From positions 16,927,638 to 16,991,637 of the forward strand of contig NC_068983.1 of NCBI RefSeq assembly GCF_001194135.2: a stretch of 64,000 nt of DNA, given 5' to 3'. Position 1 is the stretch's first letter. Each line of letters begins with the position of its first letter. Source of the DNA: Octopus bimaculoides. Taxonomy: Eukaryota. The notes beneath the pieces were generated by a model, which was not told the DNA's origin, made no database searches, and saw only the letters and a program-made list of their open reading frames with translations. Both the position numbers and the translations under genes were made by a program. Shown here piece by piece: positions 38,801 through 52,924 of this stretch.

Positions 38801-41800
38801 CTTATTTTGATGAGTGTTCTAATAGTTTTTGTGATCATTCTGTACCAACTTATCTTAGTAATTGCCAGATTGTATATATTGATGAGGTCTGATAATACCA
38901 AAACATGTCTGGAATTATCACTGTACTGCCTATAATCATACTCATTCCATACTGCATTCTATTTTGAATTACTTCAAATATGAGGATTATTTCTTTCTCT
39001 TGACATGAATTAGTTAAGATATTTTTTTTCTCTTTAGTTCTAGTATAAATGTAATACATTAAAATTTTACTTGCTTTAGAAAATATTAATTTATCTATTT
39101 GGCAAATAATTTGTAATGTTCAGTGTACAAAAATTTTTTTAATACTTGGATGTGTATGTTTTAAGAGCAGCTTCTTAAACTTTGCAGTACCATGCAGATT
39201 TTTTTTTGTTTGTTTCTTCATTCTAAAAACTTCCTATGTCAAGCACCTATTTTTTATTTACGTATTCTTTGAATATTTTCATCTTACTTTTTGGTCTTGA
39301 CCTTAACTACACTGATCTCATGCTTTTCAATATCTGTCTCATTTGGTATAACCTAGTCTCCATAGTGGTCCTATTACAATATCTAGCTGATATGTGGTGT
39401 TTATCGAAAAGTTTTACAAAAAGCCAGTTTTTAATCAATTCATCCTATTTAAAATGACATGTTAATCTATCATGTGATAGCCTTCTAATATAATTCATGT
39501 AGATTTTAGTTACTATTCATTAATGATATCTGAACTTTTAGATTGAATCTTTAAGGGATTCAAACTTGTCAAGTTACATGAATATCTTATTTCATTAACA
39601 CTCTTCTCAGTTGTCTTTCAGTTGCTTGTTTTTTGAACTTTTCTTGACATTTATCTTTTGTAGTAATAATTCCTGATAGGTGTAAATAACAACAACAACA
39701 ACTAATAATAATTGTTTCTAACATTGGCACATAGCCACAAATTTGTGGGAGGGGCATGTCGATTAAACCAACCCAAGTACTTGACCAATATATTTTATCA
39801 ATCCTTGAAGGATGAAAGGTAAATTTGATCTCAGCAGGATTTGGACTCAAAATGTAAAGTACTGAAAAAAATAGCATAAGGTGTTTTGTCCAAAGTTCTA
39901 TCAATTTTGCCATATTGTTGTTGCTATCATTTTTATAATATAAGCTTTTTAGCTACTTCCATATGTTAGTAAAAATAGAAATATGTCTCGTTATCAACAT
40001 CATCAAGATTTAATATCCTTGTTCCATGCAGACATGGATGGTTTGACTGGGTTTGATGAGTCCAAGGACCACATCATACTCCACTGTCTATTTTGGCATG
40101 GTTTCTACAACTGATGCCTTTCCTAACACTAGCCACAATAGTGAGGAGATGTCTTTGTGAACCCTCAAGGTACAAAATAAGTAGAAATGAATGGGAACAG
40201 AAGAACTGAAAGTGGGGAATTTGCAAAGAGTATGCAGGAACATAAGAGATAGGGAATGAGTGAGGCAACAAATATAGTAATGATTGAAACATAAGTGTTG
40301 AGTGGAGGTTTTGCAAATCATATGAAAATGACAGGTTATTTAATAGAGGTAGAGCAGTGGGTTTTGACCAATGATGAAGGGATAAAGAGTAACAGAATAA
40401 TGATGATGATGATGCAGTAGACAGGAGAAAGGTGAGAGAGACAAATGATTAGTGGTTGGATAGTTTGCCAGTCTGGTGGGGGAGACAGGTGTTGTGCATC
40501 GGTAAAATGAGAGATATATGATGGTGCTGAAGATGGGATGATTTGATATCTTGGGGGTGGGGGAGTAAAACATGGAGGATGAGATTGTACATGCCATCAG
40601 TAATGTTTAATCAGCAGAAATTTTTTCAAATAACATATAATAGTACTCTCTTTCTTTCTCTCTCTCTCTCTCACATACACACAAACAATGGCAGAATCAG
40701 TAGATTTCTTACAAAATACTGTGATACTTAAGTAGAATAATTATTTTTATAGAGTTTATATTAATACTGCAAGGTCAATAAAATGAGTACTAGTTAATTA
40801 TTCAACTAACTCAACTACATGACTTGCTCAAACTTATGACTTCATGCCAATCATTATTACTACTACTATAAAAAGTTGCAGTTTTGCAGAATCAATAAAG
40901 CATTATACAACTTTCAGGTCCTTTACATCTTTAGTTCAAATTCTGTTGGGATTAGGTTTGTCTTTCATTTTCCCAGAGTTGATATAAAAAGTAAGAAATG
41001 GTCAAGAAGTACTAGATACTTATTTAATTGATTCTTTCTCTCCTTCCGAAATTTGTGTTCCTGTGCCTATGTTAGAAATCAATAATCATAACAATAATGA
41101 CCCCTAATTTAGGCACAAGGCCAGTTATTTTGAAGGCAGGGATTTAGTTGATACCATCAACCCTCAATACTTAAGTTTTATTTTATTTCTTGAATGGATG
41201 AAAGACAAAGTTGATCTCTGCAGGGTTTGAACACAGAATGTGGGGAGTTGGAACAAGGCAATTTTTGCAATGCTCTAATGATTCTGCCAAAACACCACCC
41301 TTGGCATGTCTAAAAAGTGAATACCCTTAAAAATTTTTGTCCATGTATGCCAACGTGAGAAATAATTGTCATTACTACATATGGTTTATAAACACATGAA
41401 CATTCAGTATTTAGCTTATACTTGATTTTATCTACACATGTAGATACATGTCTTTCATATCACATGTATATGCAGGAAAGCAACAACCAATGAGATGTGT
41501 TTGAGAATTGGAGGCTTTTCAGTTTAAAGAAGAAAGCTTATTTATTATGACTTTGAAATACAGATACTGTGTGTATGTATTCATACACCTACCTTTCATG
41601 AGCATCCTGCCAATTCCATTTCAGTGTAGCTCAGTTGTCACTGGCTTTTGAGTTGGCACCCGGCTCTCGCCTGTGATGCCACAAACTATCTGTTTACAGC
41701 AGTGGGGAATGGTATTGGCAGGCAGGATAAACCATTCAAAATAGCTGATAAGTCTTAAGCGATCACTATACTGAGGAAACCCAACTATATGTGATCGGAT

Positions 41801-44800
41801 TTCAATGGACAAAAAAGAAATATCCAACATAGGTGTGGGACATGTATCCCAGAGTACAGTGAGAAATGTAGATTGCCCCGGTGTACCTCCAGTTATCTTG
41901 GTCTGCTTTACCATTAGTCCAAGAAGTTAGGGACGAGTGAGGTTAGTCATCCAGTGCAGCCTTGCCTCACTATAATCTAAATTCAGAGTCTATAAATTTA
42001 AATACAAATTGTGATTCAAACCCCCTGAAATCACAAACAGGCAGTGGAACTTATTATAATGCTTGGGACGTCATACATGTCAATGACAATGAAATTCTGT
42101 CACAATCCTCTGGTCACCCTCGCAGCTTTCTTCTCCGTTGTTGATGCTCTATAAGAAATGCTGACACCATCTAAGAGGTCTTCTTTGNNNNNNNNNNNNN
42201 NNNNNNNNNNNNNNNNNNNNNNNNNNNNNNNNNNNNNNNNNNNNNNNNNNNNNNNNNNNNNNNNNNNNNNNNNNNNNNNNNNNNNNNNNNNNNNNNNNNN
42301 NNNNNNNNNNNNNNNNNNNNNNNNNNNNNNNNNNNNNNNNNNNNNNNNNNNNNNNNNNNNNNNNNNNNNNNNNNNNNNNNNNNNNNNNNNNNNNNNNNNN
42401 NNNNNNNNNNNNNNNNNNNNNNNNNNNNNNNNNNTATGAAGATATTTCTTGTAAACATTGAACTTTAGTGTGTTACCATCATTGTGTGAAACTAAGACAT
42501 TGTACAGAATATGTAGGTATTCTATAGAATGCTTAAAACTTTCAGGGAAAGTATATAAAAAAATCATTTCATAGGCAATCTGGAGATTATCAAGTTTCTT
42601 TTTGGCAGTATGTGAAATCACTAAATTTTTTTCACTAATTGTCAAAATGCCAAATATAATCTTCAACCACAATCAATCAAAATGAAGAAAATACTTAGTA
42701 ATAAGGTCCTCCCAGCTGAACAGCTGAGCATGGTACCACAGTTCAGATTTCCATTCCTGTGGACAGTTACAAATGATGTAGAGATACTAGCAATAATTTG
42801 GCTGGCATAGGCACAGTTGGTGGTAAGAAGTTTGTTTCCTAACCCTATGGTTTTGGGTTCAATCCCACTGCATAGCACTTTGGGCAAATGTCTTCTACTA
42901 AAGCCCTGAGCTGACTAAAGCTTTGTCAGTGGATTTGGTAGATGACAATTTAAAGAAGTGTGTTAGGAGTGGCTGTATGGTAAGTAGCTTGCTTACCAGC
43001 CACATGGTTCTGGGTTCAGTCCTACTGCGTGGCACCTTGGGCAAGTGTCTTCTACTATAGCCTCGGGCCGACCAAAGCTTTGTGAGTGGATTTGGAAACT
43101 GAAGCCTGTCGTGTGTGTGTGTGCGTGTGCGTGCGTGTGCGTGTACACACACACACACACACGTGTGTGTCTGTGTTTGCCCCCCACCCCACATCACTTG
43201 ACAACCGATGGTGGTGTGTCTGCATCCCTGTAACTTAGCGGTTCAGCAAAAGAGACCAATAGAATAAGTACCGGGCTTACAAAGAATAAGTCCTGGGGTT
43301 GATTTGTTCAAATAAAGGCAGTGCTCCAGTATGGCTGCAGCCAAATGACTGAAACAAATAAAAGAGTGTGTGTGTGTGTGTCTTTTATTGTCACCTATGA
43401 GTCACTGTAAATGAGTCATTGTGGAAACCTGTCTGGTTATGGGAAAATATTACCTTCCCTGGAAACATGAGGGTTGATGACGGGAAGGGCACCTGGCTGT
43501 AGAAAATTTGCCTCAACAAAGTTCCACCTGACTGTGCGAGTAAGGAAAAGTGAACATTAAATTGATGATGATGACAATCTTGGGTTTCTAGAATGGTTTG
43601 TATCAGTAACGATGTTGAAACAGCCATAAGCCAGACAAACTGCAGTTTTCATTAAGATACATTCTGATGGATAAACAAATCTCATTCGGGTTAGCTGGAA
43701 TACAACAATCTATAGGAGCTAGGCAAGGATTTAAGTGCACGTGTATGACGTAATTCAAAATGTCATTGAAATCCAAACTGCTNNNNNNNNNNNNNNNNNN
43801 NNNNNNNNNNNNNNNNNNNNNNNNNNNNNNNNNNNNNNNNNNNNNNNNNNNNNNNNNNNNNNNNNNNNNNNNNNNNNNNNNNNNNNNNNNNNNNNNNNNC
43901 AGTGCCCCTGGACTGGCTCTTGTGCGGGTGGCACATAAAATACACCATTTTGAGCATGGCTGTTGCCAGTACCGCCTGACTGGCCTTCGTGCGAGTGACA
44001 CGTAAAAGCACCCACTACACTCTCTAAGTGGTTGGCGTTAGGAAGGGCATCCAGCTGTAGAAATTCTGCCAAATCGGATTGGAGCCTGGTGTAGCCATCT
44101 GGTTTCACTAGTCCTCAGTCAGATCGTCCAACCCATGCTAGCATGGAAAGCGGACGTTAAATGATGATGATGATGATAGGCATGGCTGTATGGTTAATTT
44201 TCCTGTGATCAAAATTTATTTGCTTGGTTCAATTCTTTGTACCTGTATTTATGTCTCATCTATAATGAGAGGTAAAAGTTTGATAAAATAAAATACCTGT
44301 CAATTCAATGGGGTTGATCTAGTTAGCTATATTCTCTCCTAAGTCTGTGTTCCTGTGTCTATACAGAAATGATTACTATTATTTAAGCAAAGTTGTCAGA
44401 ATTGTTAGTGTGTTGGACAAAATGCTTAGTAGCATATCTTTCGGGTTTATGTTTAGAGTTTAAACGTAGCTGAGGTCAACTTTACCTTTCAGGGTTGATA
44501 AAATAAGTACCAGTTAAGCACTGAGGTTGATGTAATCAAATAGGCCCCTTTCCCATAAATTTCAGGCCTTCTGCCTAGAGTAGAAAGGATTATTACTTTG
44601 GCAGCTTGTAATATTCCGTTTTGCGACAATGGACAGGCTTGTTCTGGAGTCAACTTATTAACTCTGCCTTTACTACAAATTTGGTCTTTGTGTAAATATG
44701 AGAAAATATTGTTAAAGCAAATCAAAAGGAAAAAAAAAATCTCACAAAAGGTCATGGCTGTCACTCTCAAGTAGATGAATTGGTAACATGTAGCATACAT

Positions 44801-47800
44801 TTATTGTTTGGGATGCTTGTGCAGTCATGAGCTGTTGTGGACACCCTCTCAACCCTTCTACTCTTGATCTAGCAGAACATGGAGAATGTGACAGTTGGAG
44901 AGAGAGGTGGGGTGCACCAACACTAGGTTGCTACTCATTTTCAGGTGGATAGTCTGGAGCAATATGAAATGAAGTGTTTTGCTCAAAGACTTAAAATGCT
45001 ACATGGCCCAGGAATCAAACCCATGAACATATGTTTATGAACCCAACATTTTAATCACTCAGCCATGTGCTTGTTACTAGGGAATAGATTTGGTAGAAAT
45101 GTAGAGTAATAATAGGGCTAAATGTCTGACAGTAGTTCCTTTCTCCCATTCATTCTCTTTATTGAGCAACCTTTTATAGTTGCGTCTCCAAACCTCTCTC
45201 TTTGCACCCTTGTTTAGTGCAAGTGAACCATCATCCATGTGGACACATTTCTCTCCTACGACATCACGATTCTCTCTCACACACTGTCTTGCAACACGAA
45301 ATACTTCAAATCTTTGTTCCTCATGGCGCAGAACATTGACAAATTTTTTCTTATCTGCTTCCCCTCTGGCTAAATAAACCTGTCTCTTAGCTTCACTTCT
45401 GGCAGTCTGATACAATTACCTGCTACCACTGTTCTTCCAACATGTTTCTTTTGTCTAATAGTCCTGTCAATCACATTGTTTCACCACTACCACCTTACTT
45501 TGGGTTGAGAGGAGACTTTGCACCATCCACAGATTTGGTCAGTAGCTCTCAGCACGTTGTCCTGTAGAAACCTCCAGTTGTCTTCCACATCATGTGATGT
45601 TTTCGTCAAAGGCTTCGAGTAATACTTCTCTAAATCTCTGTCCATTTGCAGGATCTTTAAGATTCCAGACCCTTCTCCTTGATGCTGGTCATCTTCTGGG
45701 CATTACAATTTGTATTATTAATACTATGAACAAAGCTCTTTGTTGGAAACTTAGTTTTTGTACTTCATTGTATGAAAACTCAGTCCCCACCTCTATCTTA
45801 CATGTTAGTTTCTCTTGATTCTGTCTCACATGTTAGTTTCTCTTGATTCTGTCTCACATGTTAGTTTCTCTTGATTCTGTCTCACATGTTAGTTTCTCTT
45901 GATTCTGTCTCACATGTTAGTTTCTCTTGATTCTGTCTCACATGTTAGTTTCTCTTGATTCTGTCTCACATGTTAGTTTCTCTTGATTCTGTCTCACATG
46001 TTAGTTTCTCTTGATTCTGTCTCACAAGTTTGTCTCTCTGTATTCTGTCTCCTAACAGGTTTGTCTCTATTCTTGTTCACAATTTAGCTTCTTTCAGTCT
46101 TGCTACAAGTTTTTCATTGTCCTCTCACACAAACAAATTAGCTTCGTGACAAATAAGTCTCACTTCTCTTTCACAAGTTATTCTCTCTCTATTCTATTTC
46201 ACAGTTAGTTTTCCTGTTCTGTCTGAACAATTCTCTTCTGTTCCTCAACCAGTTAGTCTCTTTATTCTGTCTCTCAATAAGTTAGATTCTACTCTCTCAC
46301 AACTCAGTTTCACTCTATTCCGTCCCACACAAATCTTTTCTTCAGCATACCACAACATACACTTTTGTTTTATTGCTCCAGCCCACTTTATGCTGTGAAT
46401 TATTTCTAACCTGCCAATTTTAGTCTAGCCTCATGTCAGTTATAACTACAGCATATACTGTGAAGAAGGCTGGAGCATACAGTCAAAATGTAGTGAAAGC
46501 AACAATAAAAATGAGGACAATCACTCCAACTAAATACATATGAATTCTTCTCAGAAAATCCAATTGATATGAAGCCGACATAAGACGTTTATAAGCCTTA
46601 AAAATTCACTCTGACACTGCCTATAGGCATACACTAGTGGATAAAGGTGTTGAAATGTAGTGCAGTGTCCAAGAGTTCAATCCTAGGCAAGACACTAAGG
46701 TGAATCACAAGACATCTGAAAAAGGCTGGAGCATACACAGCCAAAACTTAGTGAAAGCAGCAGCCAAGATGATACCATTCCAACTATGTCCCTCTTGTCT
46801 GTTAGTAAAGAGATTTTCCAATTGGTGGAAAATCTCTTTTCCTTTCTCAGTTCAACTTTCTATTTTGAGACATAACATTCTTTTTCTCTATGCAGCATAC
46901 AAAAACCTATTTAAACTTATGAACTTATCAAAATGTTAATAAATTTTCGTTTTTATGTGTGGTTAAGAAACTTGCTTTCAACTACATGGTTTTGGGTTCA
47001 ATCCTACCACGTGCCTTTTTGGGGTCTTCCACTGTTGTTCTGGGCTAACCAATACCTTATGAGGGGATTTGGTAGACGGAAACTGTCTAGAAGCTTGTTT
47101 TGTGTGTGTGTGTGTACGCCTATATACACAGAAGTGTTAAGGCCGGTCCCACTGGTGGTGTCATATAAAAGAGTCCGTGCAGTGCTACATAAAAGCACTC
47201 GCCACACTTCGTAAAGTGGTTGGCGTTCGGAAGGGCATCCAGCTGTAGAAACCAGTTCTGGTCAAATCGTCGAACCCGTGCCAGCATAGACAATGGATAT
47301 TGAATGATGAGTTCACACACACACACACACACACACAAATATTTGTGTTTNNNNNNNNNNAAGCCCCCCCCCCCACTTAACAACTGGTGTTTGCTTATGT
47401 CCACGCGACTTAGCTGCCGGGCAAAAAAGACAGTGGGTACCAGACTTAACTATAAGTACTGAGGTTAGTTTGTTCAACTAGACTCTTCAAGGCGATGCTC
47501 CAGTACAGCCGCAGTCCAATGTCTGAAACAAGTAAGCGATGAATGGCTACAGGCTCCTATTTATTGACTGTTCAATACTGATATTAAGATATGTTAATAT
47601 TGAATAGGCTATTTACAAAACAACTAAATAAATTGAGGTAAATTCTGACCAACGTCTCGCATAGTTTCTGTCGTTTAGCTTCAGCCATTCCATGTATGAC
47701 CATCCCGGCTTGTTTTTCAGACTTAAACACACCGTATCGCTGACTACATAATATATTATCAGTTCCTTATTCTTTTTTTTTTTTTTTTTTTTACAAAAGG

Positions 47801-50800
47801 AGAAAGATTTAGCTGCTGTTTCTAGCTAGTTGAACGAACATATGGAGGTTCAGGCACTGGTTCAAAAGTCAGTTCATGGAGAGCAAAATTTTGGTGTAGA
47901 AACTTCATATATTAGCTGCACTTGTTATTCGTAGACGTTAGTTGTGTCGTATTAGTAAAAGAGAGTAGAGATACGGTAAAATTGATTGATTGATTAATCA
48001 GCCCTATAAATTAAAGGCATATATGTAGCTAGCTGTGGTAGAGTGCATCTCAGACTACATTATTCAAGGAGTCCAATTTTTTTAAAGATGGTTGGGTAGA
48101 TTCAAAGGAGATTTGGCTGCTATTTGTAGCAGATCGAACCAATGCACAGAGCCCTTCTCTTTTACTCGGCTATTAATGTTTGTCTTATTTTGCTTGCTGC
48201 ATGGCGAGTTGGTAGAATCGTTAGTGTATCGGACAAAAAATGCTTAGCGGCATTTGCCTTGGTTTTACTTATGTTCTGAGTTCAGATCAAATTTGTTTCA
48301 TGGTGCGGTCGATATACTAAGTGCTAGCTGAGCAATAGGGTTGATGTAAAATGACTGCCACCTCTCCCTAAAAGTTGCTGTCTTTGTCCCAAAATCTAAA
48401 ACCATGATTGAAAACAGTTGAATTATTAAAATGTTGTCTTTAAAATTTAATTTAAAATTTCCGAAATGGATGCAGGATTCACCTTAAGTAGGGCAATTAA
48501 TTAATTGGCTAATCGTCTACAATTTTCTGGGATTAGGATATTCCTCTCCTTCGGTGTATCTTTTCAAAAATAACTGCTAAAAATAGAAAATCTATTGTGT
48601 AAACACCTCATCCATCCATCCATCCATTCACGCATTTGAATTATTAATGTGTTTATTGTTGTGCAAAAACTCAAACAAAGCCATTTCAAATGAATAATAA
48701 TAAATAAACATTTCACATTTTGTGCTCGTAGAAGATCTATCTCCTCCCCCTGCTACCCCTTTATAATCCATTGCTGCTGCTGCTGCTTCTCCTGTATTTT
48801 TTTACATCTAGAAAAAACTACTACTACTACTACTACATCGTCATCATCATCATCATCATCATCATAATCATCGTCATTGATTATCAATTAACCATTTCTC
48901 TTCTCTTTTTCTCCCTTCTCTCCTTCCTATCTGTTGCTATTGGCTGACTATACTGGTGGCCTGACCTGCTGCCGCTGGTACACATGCACCGAACACATTG
49001 CAAAATAAACTGATTAACCCGACTGTCAGTTGGAAATCCAGACAAGTCTTTAGTTCTCTCTTTTTAATTTACTACAGAAGCAAATTCGACTGCTATCGCT
49101 TGTTGGCTGGTTACTGTGGTAACCCCCAGTTAGTGAAATGACGAAAATGATGATGATAATAAAATTACCAAACTATTTCAAGGCCATAATATACTACACA
49201 ACACGCTCCCCCCCTTCCCAACTATTTTGCATCCTCGTTGAACCTTTGATATTTTTAAATGATANNNNNNNNNNNNNNNNNNNNNNNNNNNNNNNNNNNN
49301 NNNNNNNNNNNNNNNNNNNNNNNNNNNNNNNNNNNNNNNNNNNNNNNNNNNNNNNNNNNNNNNNNNNNNNNNNNNNNNNNNNNNNNNNNNNNNNNNNNNN
49401 NNNNNNNNNNNNNNNNNNNNNNNNNNNNNNNNNNNNNNNNNNNNNNNNNNNNNNNNNNNNNNNNNNNNNNNNNNNNNNNNNNNNNNNNNNNNNNNNNNNN
49501 NNNNNNNNNNNNNNNNNNNNNNNNNNNNNNNNNNNNNNNNNNNNNNNNNNNNNNNNNNNNNNNNNNNNNNNNNNNNNNNNNNNNNNNNNNNNNNNNNNNN
49601 NNNNNNNNNNNNNNNNNNNNNNNNNNNNNNNNNNNNNNNNNNNNNNNNNNNNNNNNNNNNNNNNNNNNNNNNNNNNNNNNNNNNNNNNNNNNNNNNNNNN
49701 NNNNNNNNNNNNNNNNNNNNNNNNNNNNNNNNNNNNNNNNNNNNNNNNNNNNNNNNNNNNNNNNNNNNNNNNNNNNNNNATTATTATTATTATTAAAAAC
49801 TACACCCCCCCCCAAAAAAAAACTTGTGTGCTTAATGTGTAATTCGTAATTTACTATTTTAGCATTTGAATCTTATATCCAAAACAAAACTAAGGAATAG
49901 CTAACAATTTAAAAAATTTCCTATCAGATGTAAAAACAAAAAAAACAAAACAAACCCCCCCCTCCAAAACGTGTTTTCTCAAAATATGCTACATGAAAGT
50001 CAGCTATAGAAATTTAGTCAACTAATTGCAGTTGCATCTTTTTTTTTTTCTAAATATTATCTTATAACTTCTCTGTGAGGAAAGCCTTTTAAAGCTGTTT
50101 TGTTTTTTTCCCCCCTACTAAATTAGGTTAATTTAAGACAGGATAACCATGGATAACCCATTTTGGCTGTAGATCAATTACGTTATATGTATTACTACAG
50201 GCCTGGCACCTGGCTGTGAATAAAAGTCGTGACAGAAAATTATGAAGGAAATTCTGTGTTTATTCTAATGTTACATTATGACATAGTAGACGACAGATTT
50301 CGTTATAATATGTAAGCAAATATTAAAATAAGAATAGTAAACAAGAGCATCAGATTGAAAAGGTGAATGAACAGCCCCCTACTCCCCCCCATCTCCATAT
50401 TCTACAAACCCAATACTCAACTACCCAGTTGACTTGTTCAAAACTGCTGAAAGAATTCTGCTTTTCCATCTCTTTACATGCATCTGGTTTTGCTTTTCAT
50501 CTAAGACATATGATATGCTTTACACGTCAAGCAGTCCTCATCGTCAAGCCATGCCTACTGAATCTTGGCTGTTCTACTATCCTTACACCACCTAATTCCC
50601 ATCATAATGTTGGCTTTATATTAAACTTTTTATATACAGCAGTTAGTAGTTAAAAACTGTCTCTTTTTCGATGATGTAGAGGCAAAAAATAAAAGTTAAA
50701 CAAGATACTGCTGTCATTGTCTTCATTGTCAGTCTGATCTTAAACCTTCCTCTCATCAGAGTGTACTAGAGGAAAATAATTTATTGGTTGGATATAAACC

Positions 50801-52893
50801 AACGTTTACTTAGAGAAGGAGGCCTATCTTGATAGCCCATCTAGCAACTCAAGTTTATTTTATTTTCAAATGGTGGCTAACTTTTGCATATTTGCCCTCC
50901 TTGTGTGGCTCTCTAATATTTTATTTTATACATCATATAAGTTTATCTTGGTTTTCTGCTATATTTTATATTTTTAAGAAGAGTTGAATAATAGCTGTGG
51001 TTTCAACAACTTAGGATAAGCCTAATTCACTGGTGCAAGGTTATTAATACACTGTATTTTCTTTCTTTTTTTTTACTTAAAAAAAAAAAAAAACAGAACT
51101 TAATCAGTGTTTTTTATATTCATAAATCCATAGCTTATAGTGTTATGAAAAATTAATAATAAAATGCGTTTTGGAAATGTCTTTTTAATGAATTTATCGA
51201 AACTATATATTCAAGTAGGTTAGTCCCAATGTGTGTCACCTTGGGCAAATGTCTTCTACTATAATCTTGGGTTAACCAAAGCCTTGGGAGTGGATTTGGT
51301 AGATGGAAAATGAAAGAAGCCAGTTGTGCATGCACAAACACCTCTGTGTGTCTTTGTTTTTGCCCCCCCCCCCACTCATTCACAATCAGTGTTGGTGTGT
51401 TTACATCCCAGTAACTTAGTTATTCAGCAAAAAACACTGATAGAATAAGTACCAGACTTTAAAAAAAATACAGGTGTCAATTTGTTTGACTAATATGCTT
51501 CAAGGTAGTGCCCCAGCATGTCTGCAGTCTAATGACTGAAGCAGGTAAAAGATAAAGTATTTTGTAAATATTTTTTTCACTGCTTAGACTGATTGAAATT
51601 ATAAAAGTTTGTTCATGAGACACAAGATTTTCTGTTATGTTAGACTAAATATTTTATTATTCTTAAATGAATAACCATTATTGACTGAATCATTGAAGTT
51701 TACTGACATTTATTTATTCAGTCACTTGGTTGTAAAATTAATATCCACATTCCTGTTGCATATTTAAATAGTCAAAGCATGTTTATTTACAATCCACTTA
51801 GCCAAACAATCAGTAACATTCCTGTTATATTGTGGAGCTATTAGTGTTTTGGCGACATTAATCTATTAAACACCACGCAAGAGAGATTTTGTAAATGTAG
51901 GAATTGAGACTTGGATGCAATCCTCATTATTGCCATTGGACACTAAACTCTGCTTGCGAAGACCTGTTGGGGCAAATGAAATCGAAATTGTAATTGAACC
52001 ATATTCGATGACTGGCACCTGTGCCAGTGGAGCACTAACAGCACTGTCCGAACGTGATCATCGCCAGAGCAGCTGTCTGGCTTCCGTGCTAGTGGCCTGT
52101 AAATAGCACCACTTGAGCGTGATCATTACCAGCGTCACCTTACTGGCACTTGTGCCGGTGGTACGTTAGAAAATCATTCTAGCGAGATCGTTGCCAGTGC
52201 CGCTGGACTGGCTCCTGTGCAGGTAACATGGAAAAAACACCATTTTGAGCATGGCCATTGCTAGTACCGTGTGACTGGCCCTCGTGCCGGTGGCACGTAA
52301 AAGCACCCACTACACTCTCGGAGTGGTTGGTATTAGGAAGGGCATCCGGCTGTAGAAACTCTGCCAGATCATATTGGAGCCTGGTGCAGCCATCCGGTTC
52401 ACTAGTCTTCAGTCAAATCGTCCAACCCATGCTAGCATGGAAAGCGGACGTTAAACAATGATGATGATGATGATCATTGTTATTTTAACATCTATTTTTC
52501 CATGTATGCAGAGGTTGGATGGAAACCATTGATGGATATTTTTCTCTGACTGGGTGCTCTTTCTGCTTCTTATCCACACTAAGCAAAATAATATTTTCCA
52601 ATGGCCAGACAGGTTTTCAAGGGAGAGGGGAAATGAAATAACATTACTTGTATAATGGTGTATTTGGTGACTTGATCTGAAATAGTGTGTTGAAATAGGT
52701 ATAATCACATTTTTGAAGACTGTTAAAAGTGTCACAGTTATATCTTGTATGAGATACGGTACACTCAAAGCCTCATTGAAGTGCTTTCAGATTAACCCAA
52801 GCACCGGGGAAATGCTGGTACAGAATTACACTGCCTGGCATAGCTGCACCAACAGTGGTACAACCTCCTATAACTAGAATAGGATCACAGTAG

Positions 52894-52924
<31 letters not shown>

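Noticed and set aside
41590-42780. Possible nested minus-strand exon (aag|gtaggt near 41593; ORF 41621-41914) or LINE endonuclease region
   Set aside because: No recognisable protein and no clear acceptor. Only faint APE-like words (AWDV; KVLPAE) are present, too weak to call.
45801-46024. Regular 28-bp direct repeats resembling a CRISPR array
   Set aside because: The repeats are head to tail with no spacers, there are no cas genes, and the context is a eukaryotic intron.
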